A stretch of DNA of 64,000 nt from Promethearchaeota archaeon (GTDB taxonomy: Archaea; Asgardarchaeota; Lokiarchaeia; Sigyniarchaeales; SOKP01): positions 17,731 through 81,730 of the forward strand of contig JBHLNZ010000007.1 of the NCBI GenBank assembly GCA_048941015.1, in the 5' to 3' direction. This document shows, piece after piece, positions 19,169 through 28,884 of this stretch. The stretch's first letter is position 1; each line of letters starts with the position of its first letter. The notes under the pieces were generated by a model. It searched no databases and had not been told where the DNA came from. It saw only the letters and a list, made by a program, of their open reading frames with translations. The translations under genes and the position numbers were made by a program.

Positions 19169-19939
19169 TTATTTTAAAATTCTTGTTTTTGAGTTTAAAT
19201 TCATTAATTTATGTATTTTTAGTGCAAGATCTTTCAATTTAATTTGAATTAAGGATTTATTTGGAATTTCTTTAGTTTTTTTTATTATAGGAGAAGTAGA
19301 AACAAATATTTTAGATTTGCTTTTAGAAATGAATAAAGCATGATGTCTACCATTAAAATTGGTGTTATGATAGTTTATTACATTACATTCAACGGAGTTA
19401 AATAAAAATGCATTTGCTCCAGCTCCTAATTTTAAGATTTTGAAAATATATTCCAAGGTATTTTTTAAATTATGCTTTTGTTTTAATTGATCTAAAATGA
19501 AGCAAAGATATTTCCTTGTATCAAGATTGGTTGAAGAATTAATAATTTCTAGTTCAGGATTATTTAATTTAGGAAAAGATGAATTCTTTATTACCCCATT
19601 ATGGGTTATTAAATATTTTCCTCCGATATTGATTGGATGGATATTAAAATTATTTTTTTTCCATGGAAATGATTTTCTAGCATGTACTAGAAGAAATTTT
19701 GTATATAATTTTGATAAGCTTTCCCAATCTGAATGATAAATTGGATTTATATCCCTTTTTATAATAAGTTTATTAGTATCATCTTCAGGGATATATGCAA
19801 AGCCCCAACCTAATCCATGGTGCCCAAATACGTTATATTTTCGAAAATATTGCCAATGACAGGAATCAATAAATTTTTTAAGAAGATTGTATTCAATTGT
19901 AAAAGGTTCAGTTGAACATTGAAAAAACATTCTACACAT
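19169..19939 (-). CDS. class II (Ntn) glutamine amidotransferase family protein
   Basis: N-terminal MCRMF, HGLGWG, VHARKS, HP, HNG, DT. Confidence 0.85.
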   Translation of the reverse strand: MCRMFFQCSTEPFTIEYNLLKKFIDSCHWQYFRKYNVFGHHGLGWGFAYIPEDDTNKLIIKRDINPIYHSDWESLSKLYTKFLLVHARKSFPWKKNNFNIHPINIGGKYLITHNGVIKNSSFPKLNNPELEIINSSTNLDTRKYLCFILDQLKQKHNLKNTLEYIFKILKLGAGANAFLFNSVECNVINYHNTNFNGRHHALFISKSKSKIFVSTSPIIKKTKEIPNKSLIQIKLKDLALKIHKLMNLNSKTRILK

Positions 19940-19982
19940 TGTAATTTAATTAATACATAATAAGTCATAAAGATAAGTACTT

Positions 19983-21095
19983 TTAACTAATATTATAACT
20001 ATAAATATAACCATTATCATGGCATAAAATTAGTTGATTTGATTCTGAGATGAATTCAAAATCATTTATACTAAATTTGTTGTTAATTTGTGCTAATATT
20101 TCACCACTCTTTTCATTTATTATTAAAAATCTTCCTTTTGTTGTTCCAATTCCTATAAAGTTCTGTTTGGGAGTTTGAATGTATTTTAAAAGTTCAGAGT
20201 TAATATTTTTTTTTTCCCAGATTATATTTAAATATTCATTCAAACAAACTACTTTTGATTGAAATTCAATATCTTCTATGGGAATTGAATCAATCAAGAA
20301 ATCAAAAGAATAAGAACTAATTATTATAAAATTATTCCTATCTGGCGGAAAAGAAATAGATTTCCAAACAACATTATTCATAGCAATAGTTTTTATCTCT
20401 TCTCTCTTTCTTTTATCAATTATATGAATTAATTTATCATCACCCCCACAGATGATATATTTATCGTGAATTGATCTGATATAAGATATACATCTCACTT
20501 TATCAGTAAATTTCTTAAACCAAATTAATTCCCCGTTATTAGCATTAAAAATCCTTACCGTTCCGTCATTACCACATGCAATTATTTCTATATCTTTTGG
20601 ATTGTTTGAATTCCTCCATAGAATGGCTTCCCCTATTCCTTCTTCAAAAACTTGGCCCCATATCAAGGAGCCATCTACAGGATTTATAATCCTTAAACTT
20701 TTATCTAATGAGTAAGCTACAATTTCTACTTTTCCATCATTATTTATATCATCTATAAAGAATCCACTTATAGATGAGCCAAATTGATGTGCCCAATAAA
20801 ATTTTAATGAAAAATCAGGATTTAGTTTAAAAACCCTCAATAAGCCATCTAAACCACCCAAAAGCAACTCATAATTGCCATCATCATCGATATCAAAAAA
20901 TTTGCAGCACCAAATCGGAGAATTTTGAGTTATATTATCATCATATAATCTTAAACCCTCTAAATTAAAGATCCATAATTTACCCGATTTTGAATATGTA
21001 ATTAATAATTTTATATTTTGCTCAAGTAAAAATCCTAATTCTAATCCTAATAATTGTTCCTTAGCGTTGAATTCCCATACTTTTTTTATTTTCAA
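19983..21095 (-). CDS. WD40/FG-GAP beta-propeller protein
   Basis: Repeated blades DIDDDGNYELLLGGLDGLLRVF, DINNDGKVEIVAYSLD, CGNDGTVRIF, CGGDDKLIHI. Confidence 0.82.
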   Translation of the reverse strand: MKIKKVWEFNAKEQLLGLELGFLLEQNIKLLITYSKSGKLWIFNLEGLRLYDDNITQNSPIWCCKFFDIDDDGNYELLLGGLDGLLRVFKLNPDFSLKFYWAHQFGSSISGFFIDDINNDGKVEIVAYSLDKSLRIINPVDGSLIWGQVFEEGIGEAILWRNSNNPKDIEIIACGNDGTVRIFNANNGELIWFKKFTDKVRCISYIRSIHDKYIICGGDDKLIHIIDKRKREEIKTIAMNNVVWKSISFPPDRNNFIIISSYSFDFLIDSIPIEDIEFQSKVVCLNEYLNIIWEKKNINSELLKYIQTPKQNFIGIGTTKGRFLIINEKSGEILAQINNKFSINDFEFISESNQLILCHDNGYIYSYNIS

Positions 21096-21196
21096 AAATG
21101 TTCAATTTTGTTTTTGTTATGAAATATTATCACTAATAATAAAAAAGAAAACCATTTATTTACTTTTAAAACCTATTTAATTCTAAAAATAATTTT

Positions 21197-21640
21197 GTGA
21201 ATAAAATGTCTTCTGAACGAAATTTTGATATTTTTTCAGTAGGTGTATTAATACTTAGTGTCATTGCCTTAGTAATGGTTATCATTGGACCATTCGCTGA
21301 AGCATTTATTGGAGGATATACCTATTACTATTCCTGTTTAGACTGTGAAAATAGTACCCCACTGGATTATGTCTCGCAGATATTTATCATAATTCTCTTG
21401 ATAATTCAGATCATTATCTCGATAAATAACTTACTTCCAAACAAATTTATTCCAAAAGATACTACCAAGCTTGGTTTAATTTTCTCAGGATTAACATTTA
21501 TCTTTACAATTATTGGACTTACATCTTTTGGAATAGGTTATATCGCATATGATTGGTGGCCGGATATAGGCTTTTATGGACCGTTAGTTGCTGGGCTACT
21601 TAATACGATTTTATTCTATCTCAAACTGAGAAATCAATAA
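21197..21640 (+). CDS. four-TM membrane protein (claudin/PMP22-like topology)
   Basis: Four hydrophobic helices, CLDC in first loop, WWPDIGFYG before TM4. Confidence 0.6.
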   Translation: MNKMSSERNFDIFSVGVLILSVIALVMVIIGPFAEAFIGGYTYYYSCLDCENSTPLDYVSQIFIIILLIIQIIISINNLLPNKFIPKDTTKLGLIFSGLTFIFTIIGLTSFGIGYIAYDWWPDIGFYGPLVAGLLNTILFYLKLRNQ

Positions 21641-21811
21641 TTTTTTTTTATTTTTTATAACATCAATATAAAAAATTATTGGCGTTAGATTTTAGTCAAA
21701 TTATTATTTTAATATAACTCAAAATAAAAAAGAAATTTAAATTTTTTACTTTATTCTGTTAATTACTGATAAAATCTTTTATGTAATAAATAAAAAAGAG
21801 AGATAAAAAAA

Positions 21812-22009
21812 ATGAGTTTCGTAATTGAGATAGATTTAGATGCTTGCACTGGTTGTGGAACTTGTTATGAAGTATGTCCAAGTGAATGTTTTGGGGAACC
21901 TGAAGGCGGAAAAGTTAATGTAATCGAAGAAAATAGAGACGATTGCGTAGGATGTAGAGCTTGTGAAACCCAGTGCCCAGAAGAGGCAATAACTATCACT
22001 GAAGAATAG
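21812..22009 (+). CDS. 2[4Fe-4S] ferredoxin
   Basis: CTGCGTCYEVCP and CVGCRACETQCP. Confidence 0.95.
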   Translation: MSFVIEIDLDACTGCGTCYEVCPSECFGEPEGGKVNVIEENRDDCVGCRACETQCPEEAITITEE

Positions 22010-22067
22010 AATATCTGATAGTGCTAAAGAACAGACTTTAATATTACTTTTTTTTATTTTTATTATC

Positions 22068-22415
22068 TTATTTTAGAATCTCAACATTCTCTAAAGGTAT
22101 CCACCCATATTTTCCATTTTCAGATGTTACCCATAACCATCCACTTTCTTCATGTTCAATTAGAAATTTTTGGCCTATAGATGCATTTAATTCTGTAGCA
22201 TCATAATCTCTTAATAAAACCGCAGTATCCTCACTTATTTTAAGATAGTTATTAGGAATCCATCCTGATTGACCTGAATCCGTAATGCTCCATGTCCAAC
22301 CAGACCATTCGCATTCTTTTTCTTCTATTTTTAATACTTCTCCTTTCTTTAGGATTAATGGATCAGGAAAAGGGGATTTATAGTCTTTTATTACCCTACA
22401 ATATCTTTTTTTCAT
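22068..22415 (-). CDS. tandem SH3-domain protein
   Basis: Two repeats: DY..P/ELN...GW.W....G..GWIP. Confidence 0.85.
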   Translation of the reverse strand: MKKRYCRVIKDYKSPFPDPLILKKGEVLKIEEKECEWSGWTWSITDSGQSGWIPNNYLKISEDTAVLLRDYDATELNASIGQKFLIEHEESGWLWVTSENGKYGWIPLENVEILK

Positions 22416-22493
22416 ATTTCATTCTTATTAATTCTTTATAATATTCTAAAAAATGAATCATGATAATTTAAATCTTTAAAGAGAATTAATTCT

Positions 22494-22515
22494 TCGTGAA
22501 ACCCCCCTTTCACGA
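22494..22515. repeat. perfect 8-bp inverted repeat TCGTGAAA-C6-TTTCACGA
   Basis: GC-rich palindrome in an AT-rich intergenic region; function unknown. Confidence 0.6.
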
Positions 22516-22625
22516 TTTAATATATTTATCTATATAATATCTTAATATATTACTAAATATTATTTTTAACCTCGATCAGGTCCAGCAATAGCTATCATAC
22601 CATTATATAATTATAATGAAACTGA

Positions 22626-23915
22626 TTATATATCAACACATAAAAATACGATTAGTTCTTTTATGTAGGTTCGGACATCTTTCAATTTAACGTATTCGTT
22701 AACTCCATGAGAATTAGAACCACCATTTCCTACTCCATGGAAGATTATATCTTTTGTCCCCAAAATTTCTGAAACATAACCCATATCAGTACTGCCCGCA
22801 AGACCGATAACCATTATTTTATCTTCAGGGATATTTTGGACTATTTTCATCACTTTTTTCATCCTTGTAATATCAGGTGCATTTGGATCTGCAACCATCG
22901 GAGGATAATCGTAGATAAATGTAATTTTAACATCCAATAGTTTGCTTTTTGCTTTACCCCTCTGTATGGCATCCGAAATTTCTCTCTTAGCATCTTCTAG
23001 TTTTTCATCGGGAATAATTCTTCTATTTATTGTAAAAGTACAATAACCGGGAACAATATTAGTTTTAGTTCCAGATTTGATTATGTCCAAATTAAACATA
23101 GGAGTCATATTTCTTTTTTCTCCTGTTCCAAGACGAGGAAATCCTGGAATATCTTTGCTTTCACGGGATTCAACAACTTTTTTTAGTTTCATCAATTCAA
23201 CAAGTATAGGTATTGTTTCTTCTAATGCATTGATTCCCAAAAAATTTGTTCCAGAATGACAACTTCTACCAAAAGTTTCGACAATAACGTTTAAAGCCCC
23301 TGCAGTTCCTATTGGAATTATAGGATTTATAACTCCTTCCATACAAAAAACTGTTCCTTTAACATAACCTTTTTCGGCTAAATAACGTACTCCTGGCCAA
23401 ATTCCTATTTCTTCATCTGTACAATTTAATACATTTATATTATATTTTGGTTTTAGTTTTAGTTTATCAATTATTTGAAAGGCAAGAATTAAACATACCA
23501 TTGATCCTTTCATGTCTGACGTTCCTCTACCGTATATTTTTCCACTTTTGATCATAGTTGCTTCAAATGGAGGAAATCTCCATTTTTTCTCTCCTTTATT
23601 AGGCGCAGGTACAACATCCATATGTCCATAAAAGCTTACATCCTTTTCTTGTCCAAAATTTTTTGAAGCTACTAAATTTATTCGAGGTCCTTCTAATGGA
23701 TAAGGGATTTTTTTTACAAGTTCTTCAGGAACAACAACTTCCTCTAATGAAAACTTTAAGTTTCTAAAATAAGGAGACAACACATCCACATACTCACGAT
23801 AAGTATTAGCAGGAGGGACTGAAGTATTAATATTAATCAAACTGCGAAATACTTCCATAACTTTATCTCTGCTTAAATTTTCAACTTCTTCATGAATTTT
23901 TTCTAAAATAACCAT
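22626..23915 (-). CDS. M20 family metallohydrolase (ArgE/DapE-like)
   Basis: GHMDVVP, YGRGTSDMKG, DEE, SHGVNE. Confidence 0.9.
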   Translation of the reverse strand: MVILEKIHEEVENLSRDKVMEVFRSLININTSVPPANTYREYVDVLSPYFRNLKFSLEEVVVPEELVKKIPYPLEGPRINLVASKNFGQEKDVSFYGHMDVVPAPNKGEKKWRFPPFEATMIKSGKIYGRGTSDMKGSMVCLILAFQIIDKLKLKPKYNINVLNCTDEEIGIWPGVRYLAEKGYVKGTVFCMEGVINPIIPIGTAGALNVIVETFGRSCHSGTNFLGINALEETIPILVELMKLKKVVESRESKDIPGFPRLGTGEKRNMTPMFNLDIIKSGTKTNIVPGYCTFTINRRIIPDEKLEDAKREISDAIQRGKAKSKLLDVKITFIYDYPPMVADPNAPDITRMKKVMKIVQNIPEDKIMVIGLAGSTDMGYVSEILGTKDIIFHGVGNGGSNSHGVNEYVKLKDVRTYIKELIVFLCVDI

Positions 23916-24042
23916 TGTTATAAACTAATAGATTTTATTCAATTATAAGAGAAAAACACAATATGAAATAAATTAATTGTTAAATAACAATAAAGAAGTT
24001 ATATACAATAGAGTTAAGATAATTAAAAGAAACAAGCAGTAC

Positions 24043-25155
24043 TTACCACAATAAAATTTTACCACATTTTTTGCAAATTCCTTCATTTACTTGCATCTTT
24101 AAGCAGTTGTCATGATATTGTGTACCACAATCTTGACACATATAAATCTTTCCTGTGTATTCACTAAAATCATAACCACAATACCCACATTTATTAGCAT
24201 AAGAAAATGAGGTACTATTTACATCAACTTCAATAATTTGTGATGTCCCAGTCAATATACTTTCAGATTGTGTTGGTGTTATGTAATTTGATTGATGAGT
24301 TGGTGTAACCCACTGTTGATTTTGCTGTTGAATTTGTGGATTTTCCCAATTAGATACATATCCTTGAGCAGGTCCTTTTGAAATTCCCATTTTTTGGGAA
24401 ACTTTTTCATCTAAAATATTAGTTAATATTAAAGCAGAAGCGTATTTTCCTTTTGCTCCTCCTTTTTGTAGATGAGTGTGAGAGATCATATGTATAACAC
24501 GACCACCACTATTGCCATAATCAAAATAACAAAAAACAGGAGCTTCGCCCCACTTTTTCTGAATCTGATAAGAAGATATTAAAACATGGACTGCTGGGTT
24601 TAAGACAGTTATAGGAAATGATCGTGTTTCTAGCCACCAACGGAATTCTGTACTTTTTGTATCTTTAATTGTCATTTTTTGCCACTTTTGTTGTTGAATT
24701 TCACTTAAAACCCCTTCCATAAAAGGATGATTAGGTTCAAGAATTTGGCATGCAACAACTGCATCTGATGTTTTATTCCCATTCCATCTTATATATCCAG
24801 GAAAAATCACTTCAGTTATGTGTTTTAAAGCCCAATCTGTTGTTATTAACCACCCGCCATTTAATGAGACATACTCACTTATTTTAGGAAATGCAGAATG
24901 AGGGATTTTATCTCCTGGACAACCAATTAAAACTACATCATAATCAGTTAGATTATATTTTAAAATGTCTTTAGGTTTGATTGTGAAAGCTTTAGCAGCA
25001 TACATATGGCTAATAACTTTTTCAGGTTTTTCAAAACGGCCTTCTACAGCAAGGATTTTTCCATGCGTCTCGACAGCTTTAACTACATCTTTTTTATTAA
25101 GAGCTTCCATTTTCCTACGCTTAACTTCAGAGTAAAGATCCTTCCAGCTACTCAT
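24043..25155 (-). CDS. GATase-I-like domain protein with C-terminal C4HC3 (PHD/RING-variant) zinc finger
   Basis: YDVVLIGCPG..GGWLITTDWA; Gln-rich linker; C-x2-C-x13-C-x2-C-x4-H-x2-C-x9-C-x2-C. Confidence 0.65.
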   Translation of the reverse strand: MSSWKDLYSEVKRRKMEALNKKDVVKAVETHGKILAVEGRFEKPEKVISHMYAAKAFTIKPKDILKYNLTDYDVVLIGCPGDKIPHSAFPKISEYVSLNGGWLITTDWALKHITEVIFPGYIRWNGNKTSDAVVACQILEPNHPFMEGVLSEIQQQKWQKMTIKDTKSTEFRWWLETRSFPITVLNPAVHVLISSYQIQKKWGEAPVFCYFDYGNSGGRVIHMISHTHLQKGGAKGKYASALILTNILDEKVSQKMGISKGPAQGYVSNWENPQIQQQNQQWVTPTHQSNYITPTQSESILTGTSQIIEVDVNSTSFSYANKCGYCGYDFSEYTGKIYMCQDCGTQYHDNCLKMQVNEGICKKCGKILLW

Positions 25156-25237
25156 TTATTAATCAACCAAATAAAATTATAAGCGATTTAATGTTATTTT
25201 TATAATTAATAAAAATTAATTCATATATATATTTTCA

Positions 25238-26758
25238 TTGAGAACAGTAAATATGGAAAATTTAACAGATTTGTGTGATCCACCAGAGTTTTGGGAATAT
25301 TTTTATAAAATTTCTAGAATACCAAGATGTTCTGGTAATGAAGAAATGATCAGAAAATTTATTGTAGATGAAGCAAATACTATAGGCTTTCAGACAGAAT
25401 TAGACAGCGTTAAAAATTTAATGGTAAAAATTCCATCAAAAAATAATGAAGCTGATAAGAATTTCATTGTTGTTTTACAGAGCCATTTGGATATAGTTTG
25501 TGAAAAAAATCAAGAAATAAAACATGATTTTACTAAAGATCCATTAAAATTGAAAGTTGTAGAAATAGAAAACGAAAAATGGGTAACTGCTGAAGGTACT
25601 ACTTTAGGTGCTGATAATGGTGTGGGAATCTGTTATCAATTAGCATTAATGAAAAAAATCAGCAATGGAGATCTTGATCTTGGGCCTTTAAATATAAAAT
25701 TATTATTTACTGTTGATGAAGAAGGTGGTCTATTAGGAGCAAGTCATATTAGAAAAGAAATGGCTCAAGGTACATATTTACTTAATTTAGATTCTGAGGA
25801 AGATAACAAATTTACCATAGGATGTGCGGGAGGAAATAGATATAAAGTAGAAATAAAGATAGAAAAAGAAATTTTAAATCAGAAAAGCAAAAATTATATC
25901 CTTGCGAGAATTTCAGTTAGAGGATTAATGGGAGGGCATTCAGGTACAGATATTAATAAAGGAAGAGCAAACGCATTAAAAATTATTTCTGAACTTCTTT
26001 GGAAATTAAATAGAAAATTCGATATAAAAATAAATTCTATAAATGGAGGAAATTTATCAAACGCAATTCCCCGAGAAGCAGATATTAAATTCTTTTTGAT
26101 TGAAAAAGATTTTTCTAATTTAGTTGACGAACTCAATAAAGACCTAATAGAAATTAGAAAGATTTTTGAAGGAATAGAAAAAAGTATTGATCTTAAAGTA
26201 GAAAGATTGGAAAATTTATTAGATAATACGTACATCAAAAAGGAAATTCAAAATAGATTACTTGATCTTCTATACTTACTGCCAAATGGTCCAATTATAT
26301 TTCATCCAAAAATAAATAATTTAGTACATACTTCCTCTAACTTCGGAACCATAAAAACAAATAAGGGAAATATAGAATTTATTTTAAGCCAAAGAAGTTT
26401 TACAGATTATGATAAGGATGTACTGCATGATAAAGTAATCACTTTATTGGAACTCTCTAAATTGAATTATAGAACATATGAATATGTGAGATATCCCGGT
26501 TGGTCGCCTAATTTTGATTCAAAAATTTCAAAAATTGCTAAAGAAATTTATTTAGAGTTATTTAATCAAGAAGTAATGATTCAAGCAATACACGCTGGTT
26601 TGGAATGTGCTTATTTCAACTATTATTATCCACAGATGGAATTAATATCTTTTGGACCAGATATTATTGGAGGGCATTCTCCTGATGAACGTTTGAGAGT
26701 TAAAAGTGTTGAAAAGATTTGGAAATTCTTAGTAAAATTACTTAAGAATTTAATTTAA
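25238..26758 (+). CDS. pepD: aminoacyl-histidine dipeptidase (M20C)
   Basis: LQSHLDIVCEK, GTTLGADNG, DEE, NLDSE, GGHSG, IHAGLEC, HSPDE. Confidence 0.93.
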   Translation: MRTVNMENLTDLCDPPEFWEYFYKISRIPRCSGNEEMIRKFIVDEANTIGFQTELDSVKNLMVKIPSKNNEADKNFIVVLQSHLDIVCEKNQEIKHDFTKDPLKLKVVEIENEKWVTAEGTTLGADNGVGICYQLALMKKISNGDLDLGPLNIKLLFTVDEEGGLLGASHIRKEMAQGTYLLNLDSEEDNKFTIGCAGGNRYKVEIKIEKEILNQKSKNYILARISVRGLMGGHSGTDINKGRANALKIISELLWKLNRKFDIKINSINGGNLSNAIPREADIKFFLIEKDFSNLVDELNKDLIEIRKIFEGIEKSIDLKVERLENLLDNTYIKKEIQNRLLDLLYLLPNGPIIFHPKINNLVHTSSNFGTIKTNKGNIEFILSQRSFTDYDKDVLHDKVITLLELSKLNYRTYEYVRYPGWSPNFDSKISKIAKEIYLELFNQEVMIQAIHAGLECAYFNYYYPQMELISFGPDIIGGHSPDERLRVKSVEKIWKFLVKLLKNLI

Positions 26759-26847
26759 ATATTCTAACACCATATTTCCAATTTAACAAAAATTAAAATT
26801 CGAAAAAAATTTATTATATAAATAAAAACTTAGATTATTATAAAGTT

Positions 26848-27378
26848 ATGAAAAATTCTGCAAAGGCTAAATTTAAGTCGAATAAAGAAGATATAAGTGG
26901 TTCAGAAACGGTATTGGAGTTAATTAGAGGAAAAACTCCTTGGATCTTTGGAAAATCGTTGAGAAAGCCTAAGATTATTTTTCCAAAATTAAAACTTCCT
27001 AAAATGGACATGCCAATGCCAGGAAGATCTATTTCTGTAATAGTAATCTATGTTATTTTATTTCTTCTCCAAATGGGAATCATTTATTTAATTTATACAC
27101 AACCTCCAGCATTAGGTGGAAACCCAAACACCAATGAACCGATGTTTTTATATCCAAGTATTCATGATTCTTTCATCATTGAGGGGATAGTAGCATCAAT
27201 TCTAATATTTTTATGTTCGACAGGTTTTGTTTTGTTATATCAAGCATCAAAATATGTTTATAATAAGAGTATAGCAGTTAGAATATTGGTTATTGGAATT
27301 ATATTTGTTTTAGTCACTTTCGCAGCATTACAGGCAATGATAACTATTAAACTTGGAGAAACACTTTTTAATGTCTAA
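26848..27378 (+). CDS. OSTC/DC2-like (OST3/OST6 family) oligosaccharyltransferase subunit
   Basis: PKLKLP..MP, GIIY...QPPALG, FIIEGIVAS...GF, three TM, terminal KL. Confidence 0.8.
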   Translation: MKNSAKAKFKSNKEDISGSETVLELIRGKTPWIFGKSLRKPKIIFPKLKLPKMDMPMPGRSISVIVIYVILFLLQMGIIYLIYTQPPALGGNPNTNEPMFLYPSIHDSFIIEGIVASILIFLCSTGFVLLYQASKYVYNKSIAVRILVIGIIFVLVTFAALQAMITIKLGETLFNV

Positions 27379-27509
27379 AATCTTTCGAAATTCTTTTTAA
27401 AATATAGAAATGAATAAGAGTATGCTTTTCTTTTACTTATTCGCAATTTTTAAGTATAAAAAAATAAAAAATTAAAGAATTTAAGATTGTGATTTAATAA
27501 ATTACTCTA

Positions 27510-27908
27510 TTATAATGTTGCAATAAAAGCATCATAGGCTGCTTTATCTAATAGATTTGCTTTTTCGGAATCCCAGTTTGATGGCTCAACCTTAAATAAC
27601 CAAGCAGAAAGTGCATCTTCATTAATTTTTTCAGGTTCATCCATCAAATCACTGTTTACAGCAGTAACATTTCCCGAAACAGGACTATATACATCTCCAA
27701 CTGCTTTGCTAGATTCTACAGTGCAATCTAAGGGATCACTAGAAGGTTCATCTCCATCCATTTTGACTTGTTCAATTGTAGCTCCTTCGAGTGCTTCTAC
27801 ATCTACGAAGGAAATCTCTCCTAATTGTTCAGCAGCGTAGGGAGTAATTCCTACTTCACCATTAGCATCATTAAACCATTGATGGGTTTTTGTATACCAA
27901 ATAGTCAT
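27510..27908 (-). CDS. gcvH: glycine cleavage system H protein (lipoyl carrier)
   Basis: YTKTHQW, VGITPYAAEQLG, VESSKA (lipoyl Lys), SPVSG, PEKINED, WLFK. Confidence 0.9.
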   Translation of the reverse strand: MTIWYTKTHQWFNDANGEVGITPYAAEQLGEISFVDVEALEGATIEQVKMDGDEPSSDPLDCTVESSKAVGDVYSPVSGNVTAVNSDLMDEPEKINEDALSAWLFKVEPSNWDSEKANLLDKAAYDAFIATL

Positions 27909-27963
27909 ATTCTTTCAAACTCCTTGTTTATGATTTTATGAAATATTATTATGTTGAATTTAA

Positions 27964-28884
27964 GTGTATGATAAAATTAATTATATCAGAAATATAAAAT
28001 TTTTTCATTCAATTCATTCTAAACTTAGTTGCATAAAAATGGCGTCTTCCTTAATAAATGAAATCAATTTTTTTAGTGAGTTTAAAGCTTGGTATCTTAA
28101 GATTATGGAAGATTTTAATTTCGATTACGAAAATGATCTTAAAGCTAGGAACTATTTAAGTCAAATTTTAAGAACAAAGAACAAAAGCTGGGATTTAGAA
28201 GAAATTTTAGCTACTTTTAAAGAACTTATTCAAAGTAAAAAGATTATTTTAATTTATGGATGTGGCCCTTCATTAGAGATGACTCTAGCTAATATTTTAA
28301 ATGAATTCGGGATAGAAATTTTTGATAAATGCTTAAATTTGGCTGCGGATGGTGCTGTAAGATTGCTTAGAGAGAAGATAATTCGTGTAGATGGAAACTT
28401 TACTGATCTAGATGGTATAACTAAAAAGGATTTTAGATATTCTACCTTTAATATTGTTCACGCTCATGGTGATAATATTAAGAAGTTAACTTATTTTAGA
28501 GAAGAGATTAAAAAATTTAAAAAATTAATTGCAACTTCTCAAGTCGAGCCGATTGAAAACGTTATTAATCCTGGAGGTTTTACTGATGGAGATAGGATTT
28601 TATTTTTCTTAAAATCATTTTTATTACCTAATCAAGAAATATTTTTAATCGGGATGGATTTCAATAATATGGTCGGTAAATATAGTAAGCCCAAAATGAT
28701 TGGAGATGAAAAAGCAAATCCAATTAAAAAAAAGAAATTGAAATATGCAAAAGAACTAATTGAATGGCTCGCTTCTAAGATTGAAAATAATATTTTCTTT
28801 ATAAATTCGAATATATCATCAAAATTTATCAAATCTATATCATTAGATTATTTAAAAGAATTAATTCTTAATCAATTAGATTAG
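27964..28884 (+). CDS. mptE: 6-hydroxymethyl-7,8-dihydropterin pyrophosphokinase (DUF115)
   Basis: GCGPSL, AADGA, TDLDG, HAHGDN, GGFTDGDR, GMDF; true start probably MASS. Confidence 0.88.
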   Translation: MYDKINYIRNIKFFHSIHSKLSCIKMASSLINEINFFSEFKAWYLKIMEDFNFDYENDLKARNYLSQILRTKNKSWDLEEILATFKELIQSKKIILIYGCGPSLEMTLANILNEFGIEIFDKCLNLAADGAVRLLREKIIRVDGNFTDLDGITKKDFRYSTFNIVHAHGDNIKKLTYFREEIKKFKKLIATSQVEPIENVINPGGFTDGDRILFFLKSFLLPNQEIFLIGMDFNNMVGKYSKPKMIGDEKANPIKKKKLKYAKELIEWLASKIENNIFFINSNISSKFIKSISLDYLKELILNQLD

